In this document: positions 50,408 to 63,155 of the stretch, one piece after another
Layout of the letters: each line of letters starts with the position of its first letter
How positions within the stretch are numbered: the first letter of the stretch is position 1
Assembly: GCA_039815375.1 (NCBI GenBank)
Contig: JBCBZJ010000005.1
Span: 64,001 to 128,000 of the forward strand
Length of the DNA stretch: 64,000 nucleotides
From: Verrucomicrobiota bacterium
GTDB taxonomy: Bacteria; Verrucomicrobiota; Verrucomicrobiia; Opitutales; Coraliomargaritaceae
Direction of reading: 5' to 3'
Position numbers and translations under genes: made by a program
Notes under the pieces: model-generated
What the model was told of the DNA's origin: nothing
Seen by the model: the letters and a program-made list of their open reading frames with translations, nothing else
Databases searched by the model: none

Positions 50408-51703
50408 ATGTCCAAAGCACCGATTGTAGAAGTGATTAATTTCGGCGACGAGCTACTCGTCGGCATCCGCGAAAACTCCCACCTGACTTATCTCGGTGAG
50501 CAGCTCGTGCGCTATGGCCTGCCTATTCAACGCAGCCGTGTAATTACAGACGAGGCCTTAGAAATCAAGCGTGCGTTCCTTGATGCTTGGGCACATGCCG
50601 ACATTGTCATCACAACGGGCGGACTGGGACCGACGGCGGACGACATGACGCGTGAAAATGTGGCCGAGGCACTCGATGCGGAATTAGTTTATTCTTCGGC
50701 GATACAGGCTGAAATCGAGGCACGGTTTAATTTATTGGGGCGGAAGATGGCAGCACACCACAAAAAGCAGTGCTACTGTTTTGCCGAAGGCAGTGTGTTG
50801 CATAACGAGCGTGGAACGGCCCCCGGGCTGATTCTGCAGCGTGACGGGAAAATGTTGGTGATGCTGCCCGGCCCTACGCACGAGCTGAAGCCAATGTTTG
50901 AAAAACAGGTTATCCCAAGACTGCAGGAGGTCGGTGCTCTAACTGAGGAAGAGGCTTACCTGCAACTTCGCACTTGCGGTGCAGGTGAGTCTGCGGTCGA
51001 GGAACGGTTGCAGCCAATTGTCGAAAAGTATTCCGGCCTAACAGTCGCTTTTTGTGTGCATTATGGCTTGGTCGATGTGCGTATTAGTAGCAAAGACCGC
51101 ACGATCCCAATGATTCAGCTTCAGAAGATCGGACAGGAAATGCGTGAGGTCCTGGCCGAAGATTTTGTCTGCTTCGGTCATTGCTCGCTCGCTCGAGTCG
51201 TTTTCCACGAGTTGCGTGCTCTGGACCGGACCTTGGCAGTTGCTGAGTCCTGCACGGGTGGATTACTCTCTGATGCATTTACTAATATTCCGGGTGCATC
51301 GAAAATTTTTGCCGGTGGTGTGGTCTGCTACACAAACGATGTAAAAGTCTCCAAAGTCGGTGTGCCCGAGTCGATTATTGAGCAGCACGGTGCCGTCAGC
51401 GCTGAATGTGCGATTGCCATGGCTTCCGGTATCGCAGAGCGCCTTTCAACGGACTATGGCCTTAGCGTGACAGGCTATGCCGGACCCGAAGGGGGCGATG
51501 AAAAAAATCCTGTTGGAACCATTCATCTAGGCTATCATTCACCAGTGGGAGTCTGGGCCAAGACGGTTCGTTATACCGGTGGCCGTCTCGATGTGAAAGC
51601 CCGCGCAGTGCATGCGGCACTCGATTGGATTCGTAGAAAATTGCGAAAATACAAGGTCGAGGAGTTTCTTTGCTTCGGCGCGCGTGACTATTCGGCCGAT
51701 TAG
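50408..51703 (+). CDS. cinA: CinA (MoCF domain plus NMN deamidase PncC)
   Basis: GDELLVG, TTGGLGPTADD, AESCTGG, HGAVS, TGYAGP. Confidence 0.94.
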   Translation: MSKAPIVEVINFGDELLVGIRENSHLTYLGEQLVRYGLPIQRSRVITDEALEIKRAFLDAWAHADIVITTGGLGPTADDMTRENVAEALDAELVYSSAIQAEIEARFNLLGRKMAAHHKKQCYCFAEGSVLHNERGTAPGLILQRDGKMLVMLPGPTHELKPMFEKQVIPRLQEVGALTEEEAYLQLRTCGAGESAVEERLQPIVEKYSGLTVAFCVHYGLVDVRISSKDRTIPMIQLQKIGQEMREVLAEDFVCFGHCSLARVVFHELRALDRTLAVAESCTGGLLSDAFTNIPGASKIFAGGVVCYTNDVKVSKVGVPESIIEQHGAVSAECAIAMASGIAERLSTDYGLSVTGYAGPEGGDEKNPVGTIHLGYHSPVGVWAKTVRYTGGRLDVKARAVHAALDWIRRKLRKYKVEEFLCFGARDYSAD

Positions 51704-51765
51704 AAGCCTAGAAGCCCAAGAGTGGGCTTGTCTTTAGTGGCTTGTTGAGGACTTACTTTCTGAAT

Positions 51766-52542
51766 ATGTCGGACTATGAATCGCGTTTCAGTGCTATTGG
51801 TCGACTCTACGGGGCCGAGGGTCTCGCGCGTATTCGTAAGGCCCGCGTCTGCGTGATCGGACTCGGCGGTGTCGGCTCCTGGGTAGTCGAAGCACTGGCG
51901 CGGAGCGGGATCGGTGGGTTAACACTTGTCGACATGGACGAGGTCTGCCTCAGCAACGTGAACCGCCAGATACATGCGATGGATGGCACGGTAGGTCAAA
52001 GTAAGGCCAGTGCATTGGCCGTGCGGGTAGGGAACATCGCGCCGGAGTGCCAGGTTACCGTCGAAGAAGTCTTTTTTACGGAGGCTACGATGGATCGCCT
52101 GCTTGCGCCGCAATATGATTACATTGTCGATGCGATCGACGCGACCAGACATAAGTGTCTGCTCATTGCGGAAGCTCGTAAACGTGGTCTCCAACTCATC
52201 ACATGCGGCGGAGCCGGTGGCTGCATCGAACCAGCCCGAATCAAGATCCAAGATCTCTCACGCACGATCAACGATCCGCTTCTGCTCCAGGTGCGCAAAA
52301 AGCTTCGTCGTGAATACGGATTTCCGAGAAAGTCCCGCCAGAAGTTCAAGATCGACTGTGTCTATTCCGATGAGCTGCCCGTCTTTCCGCAGGCCGATGG
52401 ATCGGTCTCTTCTGAACGCGAGTCCGGCGGGGATTATCGCTTGAATTGCGATGTTGGCTTTGGCTCCGCGACCTACGTGACCGGCACAGTCGGATTCTTC
52501 CTTGCGGGCGAAGTGGTGAAACGTATTTCGAAAGCCAATTAG
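51766..52542 (+). CDS. tcdA: tRNA threonylcarbamoyladenosine dehydratase (ThiF family)
   Basis: RFSAIGRLYG, GLGGVGSW, SNVNRQIHA, DPLL..VRKKLR, LNCDVGFGS. Confidence 0.9.
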   Translation: MSDYESRFSAIGRLYGAEGLARIRKARVCVIGLGGVGSWVVEALARSGIGGLTLVDMDEVCLSNVNRQIHAMDGTVGQSKASALAVRVGNIAPECQVTVEEVFFTEATMDRLLAPQYDYIVDAIDATRHKCLLIAEARKRGLQLITCGGAGGCIEPARIKIQDLSRTINDPLLLQVRKKLRREYGFPRKSRQKFKIDCVYSDELPVFPQADGSVSSERESGGDYRLNCDVGFGSATYVTGTVGFFLAGEVVKRISKAN

Positions 52543-52840
52543 GCTGGATTTGCCATTGTAGGCTTCTCACCTCGATCATTGTGGACGAAGTCTGTTTGGA
52601 TGCGTAGGCAGCTGTATTTTCCTAAGAACCTGATCATCGGGCGACATGAAATCTGGGTTTGGCGCCGGAAGCAATTATGCTAACTTAAACTTGTCTAGTC
52701 ATATTTTCTTCTTATTTTATTTGTTGAAATACTTAGTGAATCTGAGTGAAACACCTCTGGCCTTGTGAAAAAAGATTTAAGCTGCTTATTCTGGCACGGA
52801 AATCTTGAGCTGCTTGGCGAAGCGCTTAGGAATTTTTTCA

Positions 52841-53134
52841 GTGACTCAACATCTAAATAATCCACCCTCAATTTCCTGGTCGCACAGCGACAGCACGGCT
52901 GATTTTTACGAGCTACCGACTGACGGAAAAGAAATACACCAAGCCCTGGATTGGTTGCTTCAGCATTACGAAAGCGTGAAACTCTGGATGGGGGTCGAGA
53001 GTTGTGACGGTGCAGAGCTTTTTCTCAGCGCCTTTCCTTCAAAGAAAGAGGAGGTTGTAAGTCGACTTGCCGCACATGCGGAGCAACTGGAAATCTTTGA
53101 TCAGTTGGCAGCGAAGCCCGAACTCGCCCGTTAA
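52841..53134 (+). CDS. Small hypothetical protein
   Basis: ORF co-oriented with the downstream genes; in-frame GTG at 52841; no motif. Confidence 0.45.
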   Translation: MTQHLNNPPSISWSHSDSTADFYELPTDGKEIHQALDWLLQHYESVKLWMGVESCDGAELFLSAFPSKKEEVVSRLAAHAEQLEIFDQLAAKPELAR

Positions 53135-53184
53135 AGATTTACACTTGAACAAAAGCATGTGCTGCTTTTGCTCTCTTTCTGTCT

Positions 53185-53853
53185 ATGGAAGGTCTTTTAT
53201 TTGTCGGCGTCATTATTGTTGTCGGTGTTGTCTTCTACTTCAACTACATCAGGGCGAAGAAACGCCGCGAGGGCATGCAGGCACTGGCTTCCGAGCTCGG
53301 TCTTCGATTTAATCCTGAAAAGAACCGCAGCCTTGCCGACAAATTCGGTTTCCTTAATCATATGGATGATGGGCATCGCCGTTATGCATTCAACGTGCTT
53401 TCCGGCAGTATCGATGGGCATGAGGCCTGTATTTTCGACTATCATTACGAGACCTACTCAACCGACAGCGAAGGGCGCCGAAGAACCCGCCACTACTACT
53501 TTTCGATTTTTACGATCCAGCTTCCGGCCTTTTTTCCAGAACTGGTTATCACACGCGAGGGTATCTTCGCAAAGATTGGGCAGGCGATGGGCTTCGATGA
53601 TATCGACTTCGAGTCGGTCGAGTTCTCCAAGCGTTATAGTGTGAAATCGAAGGATAAGAAATTCGCCTACGACTTCTGCAACGTGAAAATGATAGATTAC
53701 CTGCTTGAGCAGGAGGATTTGATTATTGAGGTCGATGGTAGCACGCTGGCCCTGACTTTCAAAGGCAAGCTGGCCATCGAGCGCATACGCCCCAACATTG
53801 ATCGTTTACTGAATATTCGTTCGCTCATCCCGAATTACACCTTCTCTAATTAG
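53185..53853 (+). CDS. Membrane-anchored LemA-associated protein (DUF3137-like)
   Basis: N-terminal TM helix; FDYHYET and DIDFESVEFSKRYSV; 6 bp before lemA. Confidence 0.75.
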   Translation: MEGLLFVGVIIVVGVVFYFNYIRAKKRREGMQALASELGLRFNPEKNRSLADKFGFLNHMDDGHRRYAFNVLSGSIDGHEACIFDYHYETYSTDSEGRRRTRHYYFSIFTIQLPAFFPELVITREGIFAKIGQAMGFDDIDFESVEFSKRYSVKSKDKKFAYDFCNVKMIDYLLEQEDLIIEVDGSTLALTFKGKLAIERIRPNIDRLLNIRSLIPNYTFSN

Positions 53854-53859
53854 TCTGTC

Positions 53860-54420
53860 ATGGTTGGTCTCATTGTTACTCTTGCTATTATTGCTCTTCC
53901 CGTGGTTTTCCTGATCACGATTTACAACGGCCTCGTCTCAATCCGGAATCACATTAAAGATGCGTGGGCCAATATTGATACCGAGCTCAAGCGTCGCTAC
54001 GACCTTATCCCCAACCTCGTTGAAACCGCCAAGGGTTATGCTAAACACGAGAGTGAGACACTTGAGAAGGTTATTGCCTTAAGGAACCAGTGTCAGGTCA
54101 ATAACGGCTCCCCATCCCAGCAAGCTACCACTGAAAAATTGCTCGTGTCCAGCATCGGTGGGCTCTTCGCGTTGGCCGAAAATTATCCTGATCTGAAAGC
54201 AGACAAGAATTTCATGCAGCTCCAGCAGGAACTTACCAATACCGAGGATCGTATTCAGTCTGCGCGTCGTTTCTACAACGGCAACGTCCGTGACTATCGC
54301 AATAAGGCACAGACTTTTCCCGGCAATATTGTAGCGAACATGTTTGGCTTCCCGCCCGAAGCGGAAGAGTTCTTCGAAGTTGAGCCGGTCGAACGCGAGC
54401 CGGTCAACGTGCAGTTTTAG
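53860..54420 (+). CDS. lemA: LemA family protein
   Basis: IYNGLV, LKRRYDLIPNLVE, ENYPDLKA, ARRFYN. Confidence 0.95.
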   Translation: MVGLIVTLAIIALPVVFLITIYNGLVSIRNHIKDAWANIDTELKRRYDLIPNLVETAKGYAKHESETLEKVIALRNQCQVNNGSPSQQATTEKLLVSSIGGLFALAENYPDLKADKNFMQLQQELTNTEDRIQSARRFYNGNVRDYRNKAQTFPGNIVANMFGFPPEAEEFFEVEPVEREPVNVQF

Positions 54421-54585
54421 TCCTCAGACTTTCTTATGCTAGGTCCCATACGACGATAGCAAACAATGATGAGAATCAGCCTTTGCGCTTTTGGTTATCA
54501 CAAGTCCGGTTTATGAAAAAAGAGTCGAGCCGGCGTTGCTATGAAGCAACGTGCCGAAGTTCCGAAGGATCGCCTCGAAGTCAGG

Positions 54586-54647
54586 TCAGTGTTGAGTGCA
54601 GACGCGCCAATTGAAGCTTAGGCGTTTTCTACTCCGGCTTGTTCGGT
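54586..54647 (-). repeat. Degenerate attC-like hairpin
   Basis: Minus strand CCGAAC-aagccg-GAGTAGAAAACGCC...GGCGCGTCTGCACTC-AACACT, overlapping the stop of the FloA-like ORF. Confidence 0.45.
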
Positions 54648-54980
54648 ACCCTTGGTTAGAAATTCATCCGCATCTTGAATACCTTCAGAGTGCATGATTT
54701 TCAGTTTTTCAGTGAATGAAATGTTATCCTGATATTTAGACATCAACTGCCCGGCGCAAGCAGTTTGAGCATTCAGTTTCATTCCATTTTCTTTCGTGAA
54801 AATTATGGAGTTCATAAGGTCTTCGATATCTCCGCCGGCGAGATAGTGAGCCTGAAGAAAGAGGTGATCTACATCCAGAGAATGCTTTTGGGCCTTCTTC
54901 AATTCTCTTTTTACCTTCCCTACAGGGACACCACGGAGACGCATCATTAATGTCTCAAAAAATGGGATAGAGTATTTCAT
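54618..54980 (-). CDS. Short FloA/YqfA (UPF0365)-like domain protein
   Basis: MMRLRGVP...LQAHYLAGGDI matches the FloA core MRLR.VPP...LEAHYLAGGNV. No TM anchor or coiled-coil tail. Confidence 0.65.
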   Translation of the reverse strand: MKYSIPFFETLMMRLRGVPVGKVKRELKKAQKHSLDVDHLFLQAHYLAGGDIEDLMNSIIFTKENGMKLNAQTACAGQLMSKYQDNISFTEKLKIMHSEGIQDADEFLTKGTEQAGVENA

Positions 54981-55165
54981 TCCCTTTTGCGCCAAGCTAA
55001 GTAACCCTCAAGGTTAACAAAATTCCGCTCCTGAAATCATAGTTCATCACTCACCTCCCAAGTTTCTGGCTGGCAAGGCAATTGATAGCGCGATCAATAC
55101 GAAATTTAGAATCTGCAAAGGCATTCTTAACATTTTCAGCAAACGTAATTGAGACCACTGATTCG

Positions 55166-55555
55166 TTATGCCTGATTTTTCGACAAGGCTATATTCTTCA
55201 ATCCTGCTTTACTACAGAGTTCGATCACAGAAGCTAAATCGTTGTGTGAAATCGTGGATTCAGCCCGAATCAGAATTTTTGCATCGTCCGGTAATTCCGT
55301 AAGTACTTTCTCTAATGCTTTTAAAGAGATCGGCTTGCCGCGAGTGCTTAATCCCTCCGAGGTGATCGATACTACAAAAACGTTCTCTTCTCCAAGGGCA
55401 GCGAGCTTCTCTTTGAGGGCTGCGACAATGAGTTCATGCTTAATAATCTCTTGGCGTAGAAGTTCAGTTTCATCTTGTATTTCGATGCTCTCTGCATTGA
55501 GCAAGCAAGCAGATAGTGCGATTGTCGTGATAAAGCTGAGTATCCTTTTTTTCAT
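55166..55555 (-). CDS. Exported protein with coiled coil and ExbD/TolR-like C-terminal domain
   Basis: Signal peptide; ILIRAESTISHNDLASVIELCSKAGLKNIAL is an ExbD-type tail. Confidence 0.7.
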   Translation of the reverse strand: MKKRILSFITTIALSACLLNAESIEIQDETELLRQEIIKHELIVAALKEKLAALGEENVFVVSITSEGLSTRGKPISLKALEKVLTELPDDAKILIRAESTISHNDLASVIELCSKAGLKNIALSKNQA

Positions 55556-55648
55556 TTTTGTTTTTCGTGTATTCTATCGGATAAACAGGTTGAGCCGTAG
55601 ACTTAGGCCTTGTCTGATCTGCTGGTAGTTCTGCCGGTTAATTACGAA

Positions 55649-56797
55649 TTAGTGTTTTTTGATTTCCTCGAAGGCCCAGTCGAGCCAGGGGAGGAGGGCC
55701 TCGATGTCAGCGGTGTCGACGGTGGCACCGCCCCAGATGCGGATACCGGCCGGGGCGTCCCGGTAGCTACCAAAATCGTAGCCGACATCTTCTTTCTCGA
55801 GGAGGCTGACAAGCTGCTTCGCTTTGGCGGCCTGCTCCTCAGCGGACAGAGCTTGATACCAGTCGGCGGTGATCTTGAGGCAGATCGAAGTGTTGGAGCG
55901 CGTGGCGGGTTCCTCTGCCAGGAAATCGATCCAGTCACGAGTGTCGGCCCAGTCGGCGATGGCCTGAAGGTTGGCTTCGGAGCGAGCGATAAGGGCAGGT
56001 AGTCCTCCGATCTCTTCGGCCCATTTGAGGCCGTCAAACGCGTCTTCGACGCAAAGCATGGAAACGGTGTTGATGGTCGCTCCAGAGAAGATGCCGGAAA
56101 TGAGTTTGCCGCCCTTCGTCATACGGAAGATTTTGGGCAGCGGCCAGGCGGGTGTGTAGCTCTCGAGGCGCTCAACCGCGCGAGGGCTGAGCACGATCAT
56201 GCCGTGGGCTGCCTCACCACCCATGACTTTTTGCCAGGACCAGGTAACGACGTCGCATTTACTGTAGTCGACATCCATGGCGAAAACGGCTGAAGTGGCA
56301 TCGCAAATGGTGAGTCCAGCACGGTCCTCCGGAATCCAGTCGAGGTTGGGAACTTTCACACCGGAGGTGGTGCCATTGTAGGTGAAGACGACGTCGTTGT
56401 TGAAATCGACTTTGCTGAAATCCGGGAGCTGGCCGTAGTCGGCCACAAGCTTACGAGCGTTGTCGAGCTTGAGCTGTTTGATGGCGTCGGTGACCCAGCC
56501 GGAGCCAAAGGACTCCCAGGCGATCAGGTCGACTCCGCGGGCGCCGAGTAGGGACCACATGGCCATTTCGACGGCGCCTGTATCGGATGCGGGGACGATG
56601 CCGCAGACATAGTCTTTGGGGATGCCGAGGACGGACTTTGACTTTTCAATGACTTCCTGGATACGAGCCTTGGCGGGTTTGGCGCGATGAGAGCGGCCTA
56701 CGAGAGCGCCTTCAAGGGCCTCGAAGGACCAGCCGGGGCGCTTCGAGCAGGGGCCGGATGAAAAGAACGGGCGGGCGGGCTTTACTGTTGGTTTCAT
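55649..56797 (-). CDS. serC: Phosphoserine aminotransferase (Methanosarcina/alphaproteobacterial type)
   Basis: [47 protein letters not shown]. Confidence 0.95.
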   Translation of the reverse strand: MKPTVKPARPFFSSGPCSKRPGWSFEALEGALVGRSHRAKPAKARIQEVIEKSKSVLGIPKDYVCGIVPASDTGAVEMAMWSLLGARGVDLIAWESFGSGWVTDAIKQLKLDNARKLVADYGQLPDFSKVDFNNDVVFTYNGTTSGVKVPNLDWIPEDRAGLTICDATSAVFAMDVDYSKCDVVTWSWQKVMGGEAAHGMIVLSPRAVERLESYTPAWPLPKIFRMTKGGKLISGIFSGATINTVSMLCVEDAFDGLKWAEEIGGLPALIARSEANLQAIADWADTRDWIDFLAEEPATRSNTSICLKITADWYQALSAEEQAAKAKQLVSLLEKEDVGYDFGSYRDAPAGIRIWGGATVDTADIEALLPWLDWAFEEIKKH

Positions 56798-56935
56798 TGA
56801 AGGATGAGAGTGAGAGTAGTTGATTCAAAGATGTCGAGTGCGCTTCTGTTGGAACCTAAAATTTTGTGCTTTGCTAATTCTACACCGTCAAATTGGTTTC
56901 CGGAGGTAGTGTGGCACTATCCTCGGTCTGCATCG

Positions 56936-57090
56936 AGTCTCCCTGGCTGGATTTTCAAGTGCGTCCGCGCGGACCGAGACGAACCTGTCCTACCTTGAAT
57001 AGATCAGGTCATGGCTGCATGTGGTTGGATGGATACTGTCCCAAAAGGCATACTCGGAGGTTTACCTACGCTGGAGAGCAAGGGATCACT
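56936..57090 (+). ncRNA. Candidate 6S (SsrS)-like RNA
   Basis: Long rod: TCCCT/AGGGA closing stem, TTCAAGTG/CGCTGGAG, central bubble, CCGAG/CTCGG, and an ACCTTGAA..TCAGGT hairpin, in an intergenic gap with no credible ORF. Confidence 0.5.
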
Positions 57091-57234
57091 AACGTTGGTA
57101 AATCCGTAACTTGCATCGAAGACAATGATCCGGTCTGCCGAGAGAGTCGTGCAGGTGATGATTAATGCGATGCAATGGCGCGCGACCATGGCGAAGCACA
57201 CAGTCTGCATCTCTGGTCCTACCACTCCTGTCGC

Positions 57235-58290
57235 TTATTCCTGATGACTAATTAGATTACGTCGGCGGAGTTGTAACCAGAGATTCCAGGCATGGCCTTT
57301 TAGGATTTGGCGGGCGTGCTCAATCTCTGCCTTACGGGCAGCGAGGTTTTCGTTGGCAATGTTGGAAAGGTCGTCGAGGTTGTAAAGGTATACGTTGTCC
57401 AGCTCTTCGACAGCAGGATCGATGTCGCGCGGTAAGGCCAGATCAATGAGGAATAGTGGCCGGTCGGGGCGCGCGCGCATGGCGTGGCGGATCGCATCCT
57501 TGCTCAACAGCGAGCCTGGTGCAGCGGTCGAGCCAATGACGACGTCGTAGTTGTGGAGCTGGCTGAGGAAGTCCTCAAAGTCGATGGCCGAGCCATTGAG
57601 CTCGTGGGCGAGACGGTGGGCATTTTCGAAGGTGCGGCTGCTCACGGCGATGTCTCTGACGCCTCGGCTCTTGAGGGCCTGCGCGGTTTTTTCGCCGACT
57701 TCACCACTGCCAAGCAGGAGGACCCGGCTCTTGTTGAGTTTGCCAAAGATCCGGCTGGCAAGGTCGACTGCAACATTGCCTATACTGACTTGTCCGCGGG
57801 TGATTCCCGTTTTAGTGCGTGCGGATTTCGCTGCCTGGAAGCTTTTCTCGAAAAGACGGTTCAGGACTGTGCCGGTGCTTTTGGCTGCTTTGGCTGCTGC
57901 GTAGGCTTCCTTCATTTGGCCGAGGATTTCGGTTTCACCGACCATCTGCGAGTCGAGCCCGGCGGAGACCTCGAGTGCGTGTTGCAGGACGTCGAGATTG
58001 GTGTGCCAGAAAGAGTGCTGGTCAAAGAGGCTGCGGTCGATGCCTTGGCTGGAGCAGAGTTTCTGACGAATATTGCCTTCGAAACCATTCTTGCTGGACG
58101 CTATGCCGTAGATCTCGAGGCGGTTGCAGGTGTTGAGCACCAGACATTCGCGAATCTCGGGATCTTCGCTCAGAATTGATTGGAGCTCGCCGATTTGTTC
58201 ATTGTCCAGAGTGAAACGTTCACGCATGTTGAGTGGGGCTTCATGATGGGAACTGCCCAGAACAAACAACGACTGTAAAACATCACTCAA
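57235..58290 (-). CDS. hemA: Glutamyl-tRNA reductase (short, no full dimerisation domain)
   Basis: [41 protein letters not shown]. Confidence 0.94.
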   Translation of the reverse strand: MSDVLQSLFVLGSSHHEAPLNMRERFTLDNEQIGELQSILSEDPEIRECLVLNTCNRLEIYGIASSKNGFEGNIRQKLCSSQGIDRSLFDQHSFWHTNLDVLQHALEVSAGLDSQMVGETEILGQMKEAYAAAKAAKSTGTVLNRLFEKSFQAAKSARTKTGITRGQVSIGNVAVDLASRIFGKLNKSRVLLLGSGEVGEKTAQALKSRGVRDIAVSSRTFENAHRLAHELNGSAIDFEDFLSQLHNYDVVIGSTAAPGSLLSKDAIRHAMRARPDRPLFLIDLALPRDIDPAVEELDNVYLYNLDDLSNIANENLAARKAEIEHARQILKGHAWNLWLQLRRRNLISHQE

Positions 58291-58310
58291 ATCAGTAGAA
58301 GATGGTAGGT

Positions 58311-59177
58311 TTAAAGGTCTGTTGGAGGCGGCACATTGGTTTCAGCCGGAGTATGATGGTGTTCTCTTGCAGATTCGACGGGCCATAGGGAGGCAATTGC
58401 CAAAGCAAATAGAATAATCGAGGCGAGGGCATGACGTCGGGTAACGAGTTTCTTTTGGATTCGTAATATCACTACGATCAGGTAGCCGAACCAGACGATA
58501 CAAGTAGCGGTCAATTTAAAGATGGGCACGAGCTCGAGATTGTTGATCCAAAAAACTGCACCAAAAACGAGTGCTGCAGTGAGGACGATGACGCCGGTAA
58601 GCAGTAGGCGTTTGGCCATGAGGTCAAGTTGTTGGACCGAGGGTAGGTATTGGTAGACGCCGCCAAACTGTTTTTTCTTCAAGCCGTGCTGCTGCATCAG
58701 AAACATAATCGAGACGAGCGCAAGGATAGCAAAGACCCCGTAGCTAAAGATGGCGAGGGCCGCGTGTAGTTCGATCCATGGATTGCCTCCGAAGATACCA
58801 GCCGGATAAGGTTGATCCCATCCCGGAACGAGAAGCGATACACCGGAAAGCAGCGCGGCAAGCCCTACGGTGAAGAAGCCGAGCAAGCGGAGCCTGAAGG
58901 CCGGGCCGACGACGAAGAAGAGCATCATGATAGACCATGAGATGAACTGAGCGATCTCGAAGCTGTTGCCGAGCGGGCAGGCCTTGATTTCTGCTCCGCG
59001 CAGGTTAAGGCCGAGGGTCTGAAAAAGGAAGCCACCAGTCAGCAGCGTAAACATGACTGCACGCAAATAAGTCTTGCGCAACATAAGCATCCCCAACCCG
59101 AGTAGGAAGGCGACAGCGTAGATTCCGGCCCCGATGGCAAAGGCCGTCCGGTCCGTCATGACGAGTTCGCTCAACAT
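58311..59177 (-). CDS. CcsA/HemX-like cytochrome c assembly-family membrane protein
   Basis: About 8 TM helices, [17 protein letters not shown]; next to hemA. Confidence 0.8.
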   Translation of the reverse strand: MLSELVMTDRTAFAIGAGIYAVAFLLGLGMLMLRKTYLRAVMFTLLTGGFLFQTLGLNLRGAEIKACPLGNSFEIAQFISWSIMMLFFVVGPAFRLRLLGFFTVGLAALLSGVSLLVPGWDQPYPAGIFGGNPWIELHAALAIFSYGVFAILALVSIMFLMQQHGLKKKQFGGVYQYLPSVQQLDLMAKRLLLTGVIVLTAALVFGAVFWINNLELVPIFKLTATCIVWFGYLIVVILRIQKKLVTRRHALASIILFALAIASLWPVESAREHHHTPAETNVPPPTDL

Positions 59178-59216
59178 GGATGTGAGTTGAAGTAGCAAAT
59201 ACCTTGGTGGCAATCG

Positions 59217-60284
59217 CTAACGCTCGACATAGGCAGGTGGTGTGGCCTTGGCTGTTTCGTAGGTTCCAGCCTGCCATTGGTGAACTTTGCCAGCGAGAAA
59301 ATCAATAAATGCGGGCGACTCGTTGAGACAGGGAATCTGCTCAAAGTCTTCGCCACCGGCTTCGAGGAAGCTGTCTCGGCCCTGCATGGAGATTTCCTCA
59401 AGAGTTTCCAGACAGTCTGCAGTAAAGGCCGGACACATGACCTTGACCTTTTTATTCCCCTGTTCAGCAAGCTCTTCGAGAGTCTTATCTGTATAGGGCT
59501 GAAGCCAGGGCTCGCGACCGAGACGGCTTTGGAAGGTAAGCATATATTTGTCCTCGGGGATGCCTGCTGCTGCAACAAATTTCTCAACTGTCATCGCACA
59601 CTGGTGACGATAGCATGTGGCATGGGCCGGGTGGCAGGTGTTGCAACAGTCATGAGTGGTGAGACAGTGGTCGTGCGACGGGTCACCTTTGACGAGATGG
59701 CGCTGCGGAATGCCGTGGAAGGAGAAGACTAGCTTGTCGAAATCATAGTCCTTGATCGAAGGCATGGCCCGAGCAACCAGACTCTCAATGTAGCCTTGGT
59801 CTTGGTAGAAAGGTGGTAGCAGGGTGGTCTTGAGGTCGGGTTTTTGATCACGAATGGCTTCCATTAAAGCGGCTACTGCAGTTTCGTAGCTCGACATCGC
59901 GTAGTGTGGATACATGGGGATGATGAAGAGGTCGTCTACTCCCTGATCCAAAAGGCTGCGAAGAGCGTCGGGCGTGGAAGGGTTTCCATAGCGCATGCCA
60001 AGCTCGACCGGGATGTCGAGTTTCTCGACGAGAGCATTCTGCTGAGCACGGGAAGTGAGGATCAGCGGCGAGCCTTCATCGGTCCAGATTTCCTCATAGG
60101 CCTCTGCGGATTCGCGGGGGCGGGTTGGCAATATGAGGCAATTGACGAGGAACCAGCGTATCGGGTAGGGTGCATCAAGCACGCGACCGTCCATTAAGAA
60201 TTCGCGCAGGTAGCTACGTACGTCGCTGACTTCGGTCGAGTCGGGTGAGCCGAGATTAAGTAATATGACGCCTTGTTGAGACAT
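59217..60284 (-). CDS. hemH: Protoporphyrin ferrochelatase
   Basis: [43 protein letters not shown]. Confidence 0.96.
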   Translation of the reverse strand: MSQQGVILLNLGSPDSTEVSDVRSYLREFLMDGRVLDAPYPIRWFLVNCLILPTRPRESAEAYEEIWTDEGSPLILTSRAQQNALVEKLDIPVELGMRYGNPSTPDALRSLLDQGVDDLFIIPMYPHYAMSSYETAVAALMEAIRDQKPDLKTTLLPPFYQDQGYIESLVARAMPSIKDYDFDKLVFSFHGIPQRHLVKGDPSHDHCLTTHDCCNTCHPAHATCYRHQCAMTVEKFVAAAGIPEDKYMLTFQSRLGREPWLQPYTDKTLEELAEQGNKKVKVMCPAFTADCLETLEEISMQGRDSFLEAGGEDFEQIPCLNESPAFIDFLAGKVHQWQAGTYETAKATPPAYVER

Positions 60285-60427
60285 AATTTAAGAGAAGGAT
60301 GGTGTGTTTGATTTTGTCAAACCAATGGCCGAGTAAGTGCTCGGGCCATGGTTTGTGAGATTTCGTTCCAGAACTAATCAGGAAAAGATCGAAAAACTTA
60401 AACTAATAGATTCGACCGAGTATTTGA

Positions 60428-62917
<2,490 letters not shown>

Positions 62918-62947
62918 GTCTTTTTCGCAATACCCGTTGAAAATTTC

Positions 62948-62981
62948 GCCCCGACCGAACTTGTTTTGGTCGGGGTTTTTT
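62948..62981 (+). terminator. Intrinsic terminator after katG
   Basis: CCCCGACC...GGTCGGGG stem followed by TTTTTT. Confidence 0.85.
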
Positions 62982-63155
62982 ATGGAATGAGCATGGAACA
63001 GTGTGCTTGTTCAGTGAAGATTTTCTCCCTCCGGCATATCTGCTATTTGGACGGTTCCAGAGGGCGTGTGAGTCGATGAGCGAGTATGTTGATCCCCTTT
63101 TATCGCCCTCCCAAGCCAAGCCGTTCTGCGAGGCAATGAAGTTCCCGCTCTGATT

